DNA of 64,000 nt from Promethearchaeota archaeon (GTDB taxonomy: Archaea > Asgardarchaeota > Lokiarchaeia > Sigyniarchaeales > SOKP01), in contig JAHPZI010000026.1 in the NCBI GenBank assembly GCA_019058295.1, positions 1 through 64,000 on the forward strand, in the 5' to 3' direction. A program made the position numbers and the translations under genes. The first letter of the stretch is position 1; every line of letters starts with the position of its first letter. Below are positions 9,971 through 19,493 of this stretch, piece by piece. The notes under the pieces were generated by a model. It searched no databases, was not told the origin of the DNA, and saw only the letters and a program-made list of their open reading frames with translations.

Positions 9971-11020
9971 TTATAAATAAAAAATAATAATTAAAATTGA
10001 GTAAAAGACTCCAATAAATGACAAGTAAAAAGTCAACATATGATTATTTACTATTATTTCTCTCTTTATAAATCCTAAATTCAATTTAAACCTAAAAAAT
10101 TCTCTCTCCTTTAAAATTCCGTAAAATATTATAGATTGAAACCATCTTAAAAATGGCCAGCTGAAAAATAGATAAGTGCCGAATGCAACCATTGAAATTA
10201 TTAATACTTCAAATATATCAGATTTTTCTAATCTATATACAATAAATAAAGTGAATATACATATAAAAGGAAGTGCTCTTATAAATCTTGGCACATAAGA
10301 ACCTTTTAAATTCCATATTGCTAATGCTACATAATGATAAGGTAAGTAAAAAAGTGGTAAAAATATCAATACTATCACTAGTGGGATGATGAGAATTCCC
10401 ATTATTTTTAATTCTCCCCAGTTTTTTTCATATAGAAATTTAATAAATAGAAATCCTATTGCTGGGATAGTGTAGTATTTTATACACATTGATAATCCTA
10501 AAAATATGTAAAACAAATATCTAGCATAACGCTCTTTTCTTGGATAATAGATGAGTGCCAGGAAAAAAAAGAACAAAAAGAATGCATCTGTAATGTGATA
10601 TCCACAACCCTCTAAGCTAAAAGTATTGATAAAAAAGAATAATGGATTGATTAAAAAAAAACCAAAAGCATATTCTTTATTTTTGATATTAAAACTTTTT
10701 ATAACAAAATAGAACATCAAACATGTCAACAAATCCCAAAAATAGGCCCATAAAACAAAAATTTCAAACCTCCCAAAAGATAAAAACACAAATACTACAA
10801 TAAAAATTTGCGTCAGTAAAGGATAATGCTCTCCGTATTCATAATAATAATTTCTATGAGCATCTCCCCAAGAAATATAAGGATTTAACAAATGAATATA
10901 ATAATAATAATAAAGCACCACTATTCTTGCTGTAATACCTAGAAAAATAAAGATTGAACCCTTTATGGTATAAATTTTATCCAGACTTTTTTTTTCTTCT
11001 ATACCAACCTCATTTTCCAT
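9971..11020 (-). CDS. Polytopic membrane protein, probable GT-C glycosyltransferase, paralogue 2
   Basis: Colinear and highly similar to 8732-9793 over its whole length. Confidence 0.65.
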   Translation of the reverse strand: MENEVGIEEKKSLDKIYTIKGSIFIFLGITARIVVLYYYYYIHLLNPYISWGDAHRNYYYEYGEHYPLLTQIFIVVFVFLSFGRFEIFVLWAYFWDLLTCLMFYFVIKSFNIKNKEYAFGFFLINPLFFFINTFSLEGCGYHITDAFFLFFFFLALIYYPRKERYARYLFYIFLGLSMCIKYYTIPAIGFLFIKFLYEKNWGELKIMGILIIPLVIVLIFLPLFYLPYHYVALAIWNLKGSYVPRFIRALPFICIFTLFIVYRLEKSDIFEVLIISMVAFGTYLFFSWPFLRWFQSIIFYGILKEREFFRFKLNLGFIKREIIVNNHMLTFYLSFIGVFYSILIIIFYL

Positions 11021-11145
11021 AAATATTCAGCATATAAAACATCTTATAAAGTTTTTTCTTTATCGACAAATTTATCCTAAATTTAATTTACATGTATACA
11101 TACATATTTATGGAAAGAATATTAACAAATGGTATTTAAATTAAA

Positions 11146-12408
11146 ATGAAAAAAGTTGAACTGTTAGCCCCCGCAAAAAATTTCAAGACAATAAAAGCAG
11201 CTTTAAAATATGCGGATTCTATTTATTTTGGAGTTAAAAAGCTTAATATGAGAATGCGGTCAGAGAATATAGCTTTAGAAGATCTAAATAAAATAGTAGA
11301 TTATTGTGAGAAAAATAATTTAAAAACAATATTAGCAACAAACGTTCTCGTATACGATAACGAATTGGAATTACTTCGTGAAATATTAGAGAAAGCAAAA
11401 GATGCAGGAGTCAATGCGGTGATTGTTCATGATTTAGCAGCAATACAAATATCTAGAGAAATTAATTTACCATTTCATATATCCACACAATGTAATATAT
11501 CTAATTCCTTATCTGCTGAATTTTACGAACAATTAGGAGCTGAACGTATTATTTTAGCTCGCGAATTATCACTAGAAAAGATTAAAGAAATTAAAAGAAA
11601 TATGACTAAAGCAGAAATCGAAGTTTTCATTCATGGTGCAATGTGTACATCAATAAGTGGTAGATGCTATTTTTCGCAAGATATTTGTGGTACAGAAGAA
11701 AAATCAGCAAATAGAGGTAGTTGTATTCAACCTTGCAGAAGAAGATGGTGGGTGAAGGGTGAATCCGGAGAAGAATACATTTATGATGGAGTTCGATTCT
11801 TGAATTCAAGAGATTTATGTACTATAGCTTACATACCGCAATTAATCGAGGCTAACATTGATGCGTTTAAGATCGAAGGGCGAATGAGACACCCTCATTA
11901 TGTTGAAATTGTGAGTAAAACATATCGAGAGGCTATTGAAGCTTATTATAGTGGAACATTTACGGAAAAAAAAGTGGGTAGATGGATTACAGATTTAAAA
12001 AAAGTTTATAATAGAGGATTTACACCTGGATTTTATTTCAAAAGGATGACTGAAGATGACCATCAACATAAATCACCTGCAAATTTATCTCACTTTAGAT
12101 ATATCAAAGTTGGATGGGTTGAAAAATATAATCAAAAAACCCAAACCGCAATTATTTTCTTAAATAATGGATATTTAACTAAAAACGATGATTTAATTAT
12201 AATGGGTAAAAAGACTGACACTTATATTCATCAAAGAGCTAAATCAATAAAATACAAAGGAAAAAATGTCATCAAAACACCTCGAGGAAAACTAAATAAT
12301 ATTATTAAAGTTGAATTAAAACTCGATGATAATGCCGTTGGTAATGGGGAAGATCGGATTTATATATTTACAGATAAAACATACGGAAAAAAAAAATATT
12401 CTTTATAA
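11146..12408 (+). CDS. Peptidase U32 family Fe-S protein (TrhP/RlhA-like RNA hydroxylation family)
   Basis: ELLAPA, HISTQ, LARELS, HGAMCTSISGRC, NRGSCIQPCR, KIEGR. Confidence 0.92.
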   Translation: MKKVELLAPAKNFKTIKAALKYADSIYFGVKKLNMRMRSENIALEDLNKIVDYCEKNNLKTILATNVLVYDNELELLREILEKAKDAGVNAVIVHDLAAIQISREINLPFHISTQCNISNSLSAEFYEQLGAERIILARELSLEKIKEIKRNMTKAEIEVFIHGAMCTSISGRCYFSQDICGTEEKSANRGSCIQPCRRRWWVKGESGEEYIYDGVRFLNSRDLCTIAYIPQLIEANIDAFKIEGRMRHPHYVEIVSKTYREAIEAYYSGTFTEKKVGRWITDLKKVYNRGFTPGFYFKRMTEDDHQHKSPANLSHFRYIKVGWVEKYNQKTQTAIIFLNNGYLTKNDDLIIMGKKTDTYIHQRAKSIKYKGKNVIKTPRGKLNNIIKVELKLDDNAVGNGEDRIYIFTDKTYGKKKYSL

Positions 12409-12501
12409 GCACTGGAAAACAAAACGATGGAGATACTTAATGATATTTTCGTCAAAATTATTATTTAACGATTTTCAATAGTTTTATCCATTGTAAAGGT
12501 T

Positions 12502-14058
12502 TCAATACAGACCTATATCCTCTTCACTGACAAATTGAGGTGTTTCTTTCTTATATACAATCTTTTGATCTTGTATGAACTTATATGGTTCAAGAACTTC
12601 AGCTGACACATCTTTAACCGTTACAACCGCACCCTGCTTACGAAGTGTGTCCTGTACTAATTTTACATCTATCATCTTTGGATTGACATTATTCTTGATA
12701 GCTAGAGCTGCTGCCGTACCTGCTGCTTGACCGGTACAAATAGAAGGTGTGCAGTAGCGTATCCCTAAACCACTGAAAGCTCCCGCCGATATTGTTGTAC
12801 CCGCCGCCATGAGGTTATCTATACCTTTAGACACTAAACAACGATATGGAACATCATGTGGCAAAATTTCATAACTAAACCTGCCTACTGCTTCATAGAG
12901 GTCTGGAGGCATATTGCTTACAGCGACGGAATCATCAAAAGATCTTCCCTCACGCATGTCATTTATGGATAGAATATGTTCACCAATAATTCTATGTCCG
13001 ATGGCATTGAAAGGCATTGTAGATGTTTTCTCAATATATGATTTCTTAAAACCTGGCACATTCTCCTTTACAAGATTAAAGATAGACCAAGCTTGCTTCC
13101 TGAGATCTATTTCACATTTGGTTAATACTTTAGCCATCCATGCTTTTTTACGACTTGGGATTATATAAAATGGATTCATCACGAATACTCTTCCACTTCT
13201 GTAAACATCCATGTTTGTGGCTAAAATAACGCTTCGTCCTTTGATATAGGCCCCACTTTTTTTTGCTTCTTTAATCATCTTTCTACCCCCATACATCTCA
13301 CCCCATTCTTCCTCATTTTTTGCCCTAAATTCCCAAAATTTTTTAATGTCAGCTCCATTAATAAAAAAAGAATTTAAAAATGCTCCTGGGTGGCCTTTAA
13401 TAACTCCTGCAGGAAAACCTTCATCACCCATGCAAGGTGCTCCAGATTTCCATGCTATATGACCTAAACCAGTGGTATCAATTATTATCTTCCCTAATAT
13501 TGCCTTTCTCCCCTCGTTGGTTTCAACTATCACACCTTTAAGTGTGTTTCCTTCCCTTATAGCACCTACTGCGAATGTATGGTATAGAAGACTGACACGG
13601 GCTTCTTCCATCATAGTTTCGAGCAGATATTTATAATATTCAGGATCAAACGCCAATCCCCATGGTCCCCAATATCCAGTCTCTGTCTCCACCAGTCTTT
13701 TTGGGAGTTTTTCTGCACCAATAGTTTCCATAAAGTTATCCTTCATTTTACTTCGTTCCTTTGGTGATAGATCCTTCAAATTTGTCAACGCCCCCCCTTT
13801 TTCAAGGCGCTTTAAAATTTCCTGTATGATGCCACTATGCAATTCAGGATCGACAAAACTAAACATAGGATTAACACCTTGCGTTTGAAGCCCTCCTAAA
13901 TGATTGAATTTTTCTATTAATATTGTTTTAGCACCATTTCGCCCTGATGCCAATGCTGCACCAATACCAGCTGGTCCTCCACCAACAACAATTACATCCA
14001 CATCCTCTAAGACATCAATTTCCTTTTGAGGTTCAATAATCTTTTTCATTTTAACCAC
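12502..14058 (-). CDS. FAD-dependent oxidoreductase (likely start ATG at 14049)
   Basis: DVIVVGGGPAG..AA, IIDTTG, VPYRCLV, NLMAAG, TGQAAGTAAALA. Confidence 0.9.
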   Translation of the reverse strand: MVKMKKIIEPQKEIDVLEDVDVIVVGGGPAGIGAALASGRNGAKTILIEKFNHLGGLQTQGVNPMFSFVDPELHSGIIQEILKRLEKGGALTNLKDLSPKERSKMKDNFMETIGAEKLPKRLVETETGYWGPWGLAFDPEYYKYLLETMMEEARVSLLYHTFAVGAIREGNTLKGVIVETNEGRKAILGKIIIDTTGLGHIAWKSGAPCMGDEGFPAGVIKGHPGAFLNSFFINGADIKKFWEFRAKNEEEWGEMYGGRKMIKEAKKSGAYIKGRSVILATNMDVYRSGRVFVMNPFYIIPSRKKAWMAKVLTKCEIDLRKQAWSIFNLVKENVPGFKKSYIEKTSTMPFNAIGHRIIGEHILSINDMREGRSFDDSVAVSNMPPDLYEAVGRFSYEILPHDVPYRCLVSKGIDNLMAAGTTISAGAFSGLGIRYCTPSICTGQAAGTAAALAIKNNVNPKMIDVKLVQDTLRKQGAVVTVKDVSAEVLEPYKFIQDQKIVYKKETPQFVSEEDIGLY

Positions 14059-14110
14059 TTCCTATTCAATATTTTACTATTAATTTTTATATAATCTTAA
14101 TATTGTTTTT

Positions 14111-14149
14111 TAATATTTAAGTCTACAATGTAGATTTATTTATAAATTA
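14111..14149 (-). promoter_or_regulatory. Promoter/operator copy 1 (TCTAC-N3-GTAGA palindrome plus TTAAATA box) upstream of FAD oxidoreductase
   Basis: Reverse complement taatttataaataaatctacattgtagacttaaatatta matches 14974-15012 at 36/39. Confidence 0.8.
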
Positions 14150-14234
14150 TGTTAATAATATCTAAAATAAGTTATATTGAGGAATAAATACTTTTTAAAT
14201 TTATTAAATAAACTTAAAAATTTTTTTAGATTAA

Positions 14235-14951
14235 TTGATATCGATGGTTATCAAAAAAACAATTTCTAATGATAGAAAAAAAAGAAGACATAGATCACCC
14301 GAGAAGAAAACTCAACAATTTGATAAGATTTTGGAAGTTGGGAAGCAATTGTTTCTAGAACAAGGACAAGAAGGTTTTACAATGCGTAGATTAGCAAAAA
14401 GATTAGAAATGGATCCTAATAATCTTTATAATTATGTAGAAAGTAAACGAGAACTATGGATTGCGATAAGGAAGAAGTTTTATGAACAATATCGGAATGA
14501 AAACCGAGAAATCATTAAGCATTTTAATGGTTCAGTTATAAATTTGTTATTATTAATTTTTGAACACTTTTTTGAATTTGCAGAAAAAGATTATGCTGCT
14601 TTTCGCATGATGCACATTATTCTATCCCCTCCATCAGAAAAAATCGGCCCATTTGAAAAAGAATATAAACAATTTAGATTTTTAGATAGAACTACGCAGA
14701 TAATTCAAAAAGCTATTGATGAAGGAGAAATTAAAGAAGATAATGCTGGTTTACTCTCATTCTTTTTATTTAGTCTATTATTAGGAGCAACTATGGTGGA
14801 AAAGGTCATGCGAGATAAAGAACATATCAATGATAAAATAGGAGAGGAAGTAGACGAACTAATGCAATTTGAAAATCAAAATTTCACAAGCAAGGAATTT
14901 CGGAAATATTTATTGAGGAAAATCGAAAAAGCATTAAGAAATCCCAATTAA
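14235..14951 (+). CDS. TetR/AcrR family transcriptional regulator
   Basis: ILEVGKQLFLEQG...FTMRRLAKRL...LYNYVESKREL HTH. Confidence 0.93.
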   Translation: MISMVIKKTISNDRKKRRHRSPEKKTQQFDKILEVGKQLFLEQGQEGFTMRRLAKRLEMDPNNLYNYVESKRELWIAIRKKFYEQYRNENREIIKHFNGSVINLLLLIFEHFFEFAEKDYAAFRMMHIILSPPSEKIGPFEKEYKQFRFLDRTTQIIQKAIDEGEIKEDNAGLLSFFLFSLLLGATMVEKVMRDKEHINDKIGEEVDELMQFENQNFTSKEFRKYLLRKIEKALRNPN

Positions 14952-14973
14952 ATGTTAAACATAATTTTTAATC

Positions 14974-15012
14974 TAATTTAAAAATAAATTTACATAGTAG
15001 ACTTAAATATTA
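14974..15012 (+). promoter_or_regulatory. Promoter/operator copy 2 upstream of glycyl radical enzyme
   Basis: taatttaaaaataaatttacatagtagacttaaatatta; TTAAATA lies 22-28 nt before the ATG. Confidence 0.8.
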
Positions 15013-15030
15013 TAAAAATATATTTAAATT

Positions 15031-17478
15031 ATGGTTGTTCAAAATCTCAAAATGGAACCACTTCTAGGTACACCTTCAGAAAGGGTTCTAAAAATTAGAG
15101 ATAAAATGCTTCTTAGTCCCTTTGAATTGGATCTTGAACGAGCACGATGTTATACCAGAATTTGGAAACTTATGGAAAATTCCCCTCCTTGTATGAGAAA
15201 AGCTAAAGCATTAGAAGAATTCCTGCAAAAACTTCCCATTAGGATTGATAATGATGAGATTCTTGTAGGAGTAAAATCTAGTAAATTAAGAGCCGATCCT
15301 TTCGAAATAGAGCGCGGAGGTAATGTTACTACTTGGGATTTAATTTTAGACGATTCTCTGGATGAAAAAACTAAAAAAATGGCTGGTCTTTTGGGCGGAA
15401 CCGTTAATCGTTGTGCTCCTTTAACAGAGCAAGAGATTAACGAGTTAAAAAATCAAATTATTCCCTTCTGGAAAGGAAAAACATTAAAAGACAAGAAAAT
15501 AGAACTTTTAAAGGAAGCAGGCTTATACAAAGAATATTCTGGGCCTGGGGCTCGGATTTTCAATTCATTCTTGCCAACTATTCCCGATGGTTACACATTG
15601 CTTTATGACGTTCAAGGACATATTGTTCCAGGTTTTAAACGAGTTCTTGAATTTGGTTTTGAAGGAATAGAAAGAAGAGCAGAAAAGGAACTAAGGAACC
15701 TTAATGAAAAAGATGAAGATTATGATCATCGCAAAGATTTTCTAGAATCTGTTCAGGTTGTAGCAAAAGCCGTTTGCGATTATTCCAATCGTTATTCAGA
15801 CTTAGCAATGGAAATAGCTGAAAAAGCTGATGAAAAAAGAAAAGCAGAACTTTTAGATATAGCTGAACGATCAAGGCAAGTGCCAGCTTACCCTCCCAGA
15901 AACTTTATGGAGGCCCTACAGTCAATATGGATGACTAATGTAGTTATGGAAATGAGTTATGGAGAATTAAATGTTTTTTCTCAAGGACGCGTGGATCAAT
16001 ATCTTTATCCTTATTATAAGGCTGATTTAGCAGAAGGACGCATTACATCTGAAAATGCTTTAGAAGCGATTGAAGAATATTTAGTCAAACTCGCTTCAGT
16101 TGTTATAGCAGGACAAAACAATATAACTATTGGTGGACTAGATCGAGATGGAGAGGACGCCACAAATGAAGTGACATATCTCTTTCTCGAGGCTACTGCG
16201 AATGTAAAAAGTTTATTAAACACATTGTCAATAAGGATTTCTTCAAAAACTCCGTTTGATTTTTTGAAAAGAGTATGTGAGACCCATCGATATACTGGAG
16301 GGATGGGTATTCATAATGATGATAAGATAGTAAACCTACTTCAAAAAGCTGGTTATTCACTAGAAGATGCCCGTGACTATTCAATAGTTGGTTGTGTGGA
16401 ACCTACAGGCACTGGTAATGATTTCTCTTGTACAGGAGGTATTGGTATTTGGATGGCGGTTGTTTTTTCAATGGCACTAAATGAAGGACGTGTTCATTTA
16501 TTAGGAAATCGCCAAGTCGGTGCAAAAACTCCCGATCCTAGTACTTTTTGTAATTTTGAAGATGTGAAGAAAGCTTTTGTTGACCAACTCTCTTTTGCAA
16601 TAGAAAGAGTTGTGAAAATGGCCGATTTAAGGGATCAAGCATTTGCAAAGGATTTTCCTTCCCCTTTACTTTCATCTACAATAGAAGGATGTTTAGAGAG
16701 TGGAAAAGATATAACTCGAAATGGGGCTCGCTACAACAATAGCTGTATGAATGCACAAGCACTAGGAACTGTGGCTAATTCACTCGCAGCAATTCGCTGG
16801 GCAGTGTTCGAAAAAAAATTATTGACAATGGGTGAATTGGTTAAACATCTACGTAATAATTTTAGGGGGGCGAGAGTTCTTAGAGAACAATTACTAAATA
16901 AAGCTCCTAAATATGGGAATGGTGATGAAAGGGTAGATGAGCTTGCGAAATGGGTTGCAGAAGTTTTTACTGAAATTGCAAGAAAATATAAAGGAAGGGG
17001 CAATGAAGGTGAGTATCGCCCAAGTTTGGTATCTGCTGCAGGATCACAAATTATTGAAGGTCGAATTTTAGGAGCAACTCCAGATGGAAGAAAAGCAGGT
17101 CAACCAGTTTCCAATGGTCTTTCTCCTGTAAATGGTACAGAACTTAAAGGTCTTACTATGGCACTTAAATCCGCAGCTTTAGCAGGAGAATCACCATTAA
17201 CTGATGGATTAGCTATGAATGTAAATATATCTCCCAGCTTAATAGATACAGATGAAGGTATATGTAACTTGGCTTCTATGATCGAAGCTTATTTTGAGTT
17301 AGGTGGAAAGGAACTTCAGATTAATCCGTATGATGCCGATACACTGAGAGATGCTCAATCACATCCAGAAAAGTATAGTGATTTATCAGTTAAGGTTACA
17401 GGATATTCGGCTCGTTTCATAGATCTAAGCAAAAGTCTTCAGGACGACATCATTAAACGAACAGAATTCAGCAAATAA
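15031..17478 (+). CDS. Glycyl radical enzyme (PFL superfamily, eliminase-type Cys loop)
   Basis: GRVDQYLYPYY, Cys loop IVGCVEP, PKYGN, GATPDGRKAG, Gly loop DLSVKVTGYSARF. Confidence 0.95.
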   Translation: MVVQNLKMEPLLGTPSERVLKIRDKMLLSPFELDLERARCYTRIWKLMENSPPCMRKAKALEEFLQKLPIRIDNDEILVGVKSSKLRADPFEIERGGNVTTWDLILDDSLDEKTKKMAGLLGGTVNRCAPLTEQEINELKNQIIPFWKGKTLKDKKIELLKEAGLYKEYSGPGARIFNSFLPTIPDGYTLLYDVQGHIVPGFKRVLEFGFEGIERRAEKELRNLNEKDEDYDHRKDFLESVQVVAKAVCDYSNRYSDLAMEIAEKADEKRKAELLDIAERSRQVPAYPPRNFMEALQSIWMTNVVMEMSYGELNVFSQGRVDQYLYPYYKADLAEGRITSENALEAIEEYLVKLASVVIAGQNNITIGGLDRDGEDATNEVTYLFLEATANVKSLLNTLSIRISSKTPFDFLKRVCETHRYTGGMGIHNDDKIVNLLQKAGYSLEDARDYSIVGCVEPTGTGNDFSCTGGIGIWMAVVFSMALNEGRVHLLGNRQVGAKTPDPSTFCNFEDVKKAFVDQLSFAIERVVKMADLRDQAFAKDFPSPLLSSTIEGCLESGKDITRNGARYNNSCMNAQALGTVANSLAAIRWAVFEKKLLTMGELVKHLRNNFRGARVLREQLLNKAPKYGNGDERVDELAKWVAEVFTEIARKYKGRGNEGEYRPSLVSAAGSQIIEGRILGATPDGRKAGQPVSNGLSPVNGTELKGLTMALKSAALAGESPLTDGLAMNVNISPSLIDTDEGICNLASMIEAYFELGGKELQINPYDADTLRDAQSHPEKYSDLSVKVTGYSARFIDLSKSLQDDIIKRTEFSK

Positions 17479-17573
17479 TAACATTCTTTTTAAAATATAT
17501 CTTTTTTAAATCCATTTTTTTGATTTCTTTTTCCCTACTATCTGTTCAGGATTTACTTTCTTCTTCCAATATT

Positions 17574-19331
17574 TTACCTAAAAATTTTTACTCCACGTTT
17601 CTCTAATTTCTCTAATGAGTCTGGGAATGTAATGATATTATTTTTTTCTAAATTAAGATATTTAAGTGATGAGAGTGACTCTATCGACTCTGGCAAGGTT
17701 GTCAAGGTGTTAGCTCTTAAAAATAAATATTTGAGAGACGAGAGAGAACCAATAGTCTTCGGAAGTTCCGTTAAATTATTATTGCCTAAATATAAATATT
17801 TTAAAGAGTGGAGTGAACCTATTGAGTCTGGGATTTTTTCTAATTTATTATAATAACAGTACAAATATTTTAGTGAATTAAGGGTCCCAATTGAATTAGG
17901 AATCTTAATTAAATGATTCTTTCCTAAATCTAATATTTCAAGTGTAAAGAGAGAACCTATTGAATCGGGTATAGTTTCTAATTTATTAAATCCTAAGATT
18001 AAAGTTTTTAATTTATGAAGAGATCCTATGGATGCTGTTAGAGTGGTTAATTTATTACTTGATAAATCTATTTCTTTTAAAGAAGATATCTGTCCTATTG
18101 ATTCTGGGAGCATTCTAATGTTGTTTTTACTCAAATCTAAGATTTCTAATGAAGATAGAGATCCTATCGATTTAGGTAACTCCTTTAACAAATTATCATA
18201 TAAATCAAGTTCTTTGAGTGAAGTAAGCAACCCAATTGATTCAGGAAGCGTTTCCAGACGATTAAGACCAATTTTTAATTCTTCAAGTGAAACAATTTTT
18301 CCTATTGATTCTGGAAGATTATTTAGATAATTTCTCTGCAAATTTAATCGTCTTAGGGATCTTAATCCTCCTATTGTATCTGGAAGTGATTCTATTTTAT
18401 TATTATGGATGTCTAATCTCATTAATGATTTTAAATTGCCTATAGATTCAGGTAATTCAGTTAAATAATTAGATGATAAACTTATATTCTCTATAGATGA
18501 AAGTGAACCTATAGTCTTTGGAATAGATTTTAGCATATTTTCCATCAAACCTAAATATTTAAGGTTGCTAAGAGCTCCTATTGATTCTGGTAAAGTTTCT
18601 ATATTATTTCCTTTTAAAAACAAAGCCGTTAAAGAGGTTAATGAACCTATCGATTTAAAAATAGATTTTAAATTATTATTTCTTATATTGAGTCTTTTTA
18701 GTGATTTTAATGAACCAATAGATTCAGGTAAAGTTGATAATTCATTATTTCCCAAATACAATATTTCTAATGAAAAAAGAGAATTGATGGATGTTTTAAA
18801 AATTTCAAGTTTATTTCCACTTAAATCTAGTGTTTTTAAATTTGATAAATTGTTTAAAGATGAGGGTATATCCTTTAAATAATTCTCGCTTAAATCCAAG
18901 AATTCTAAAGAAGAGAGAGATCCTAAAGATTCTGGTAAAGATACTAAATTATTCGATTCTAGGTGTAATTCCTTTAAGGAGGAAAGATTACCTATTGATT
19001 CAGGCAATTCTGATAAGTGATTCTCACTAAAATCTAAAATTTCAAGAGAATCGAATGAAAAAATTTCATCAGGAACATTCTCTAAATAATTTCCTCTTAA
19101 ATATAACTCTTTAAGAAAACTCAAAGAATTTATTGATTTTGGAATAGAGGTTAATCCACAAGAAAAGAGTCCTAATCCAGAGATATGACCTTCATGAACA
19201 AAAAAACCAATGTTATAATATTGAAGTTCAGTGAGTTCAGGTAAAGATGTTCCAATTATTTTTTCTAAAACTCCAATTACTTCTTTTTCTTCCACTGGAA
19301 TTAAATCTTCAGAAGTTCTTTCTTCTGGCAT
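17574..19331 (-). CDS. Leucine-rich repeat protein (~22-23 repeats of 23 aa)
   Basis: Repeated LxxLxLxxNxLxxLPESIGxL. Confidence 0.97.
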   Translation of the reverse strand: MPEERTSEDLIPVEEKEVIGVLEKIIGTSLPELTELQYYNIGFFVHEGHISGLGLFSCGLTSIPKSINSLSFLKELYLRGNYLENVPDEIFSFDSLEILDFSENHLSELPESIGNLSSLKELHLESNNLVSLPESLGSLSSLEFLDLSENYLKDIPSSLNNLSNLKTLDLSGNKLEIFKTSINSLFSLEILYLGNNELSTLPESIGSLKSLKRLNIRNNNLKSIFKSIGSLTSLTALFLKGNNIETLPESIGALSNLKYLGLMENMLKSIPKTIGSLSSIENISLSSNYLTELPESIGNLKSLMRLDIHNNKIESLPDTIGGLRSLRRLNLQRNYLNNLPESIGKIVSLEELKIGLNRLETLPESIGLLTSLKELDLYDNLLKELPKSIGSLSSLEILDLSKNNIRMLPESIGQISSLKEIDLSSNKLTTLTASIGSLHKLKTLILGFNKLETIPDSIGSLFTLEILDLGKNHLIKIPNSIGTLNSLKYLYCYYNKLEKIPDSIGSLHSLKYLYLGNNNLTELPKTIGSLSSLKYLFLRANTLTTLPESIESLSSLKYLNLEKNNIITFPDSLEKLEKRGVKIFR

Positions 19332-19493
19332 TATTACTTTCTATAAAAAATTTTTTATATATTTTTCTTTTAAAAAAAGATATTCATTTCTTATATATGT
19401 AATATAATACTAAAATTATTTCATAAATTAGATTGCTAATATTTTAACTTTAATTATGAAATAGAAGAAAATATATTCAAAAAAAAAATTCAA

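Larger units (their letters stand above)
8686..11090. repeat. Tandem duplication (~1.2-kb unit) including 5' and 3' flanks of the GT-C genes
   Basis: Shared upstream aaatattca...acatcttataaagtttttt...tatcctaaatttaatttac (9794-9861 / 11021-11091) and downstream aatgaaaa...tctgaattag...ttaatagattg. Confidence 0.9.

Noticed and set aside
14111-15012. tetR flanked by 39-bp inverted repeats as a transposon or invertible segment
   Set aside because: No transposase, recombinase or target duplication seen; a shared promoter-operator for two oppositely oriented genes is simpler, though inversion cannot be excluded without reads.
17632-19030. 69-bp DNA periodicity and antisense ORFs
   Set aside because: Fully explained by the LRR protein on the minus strand.
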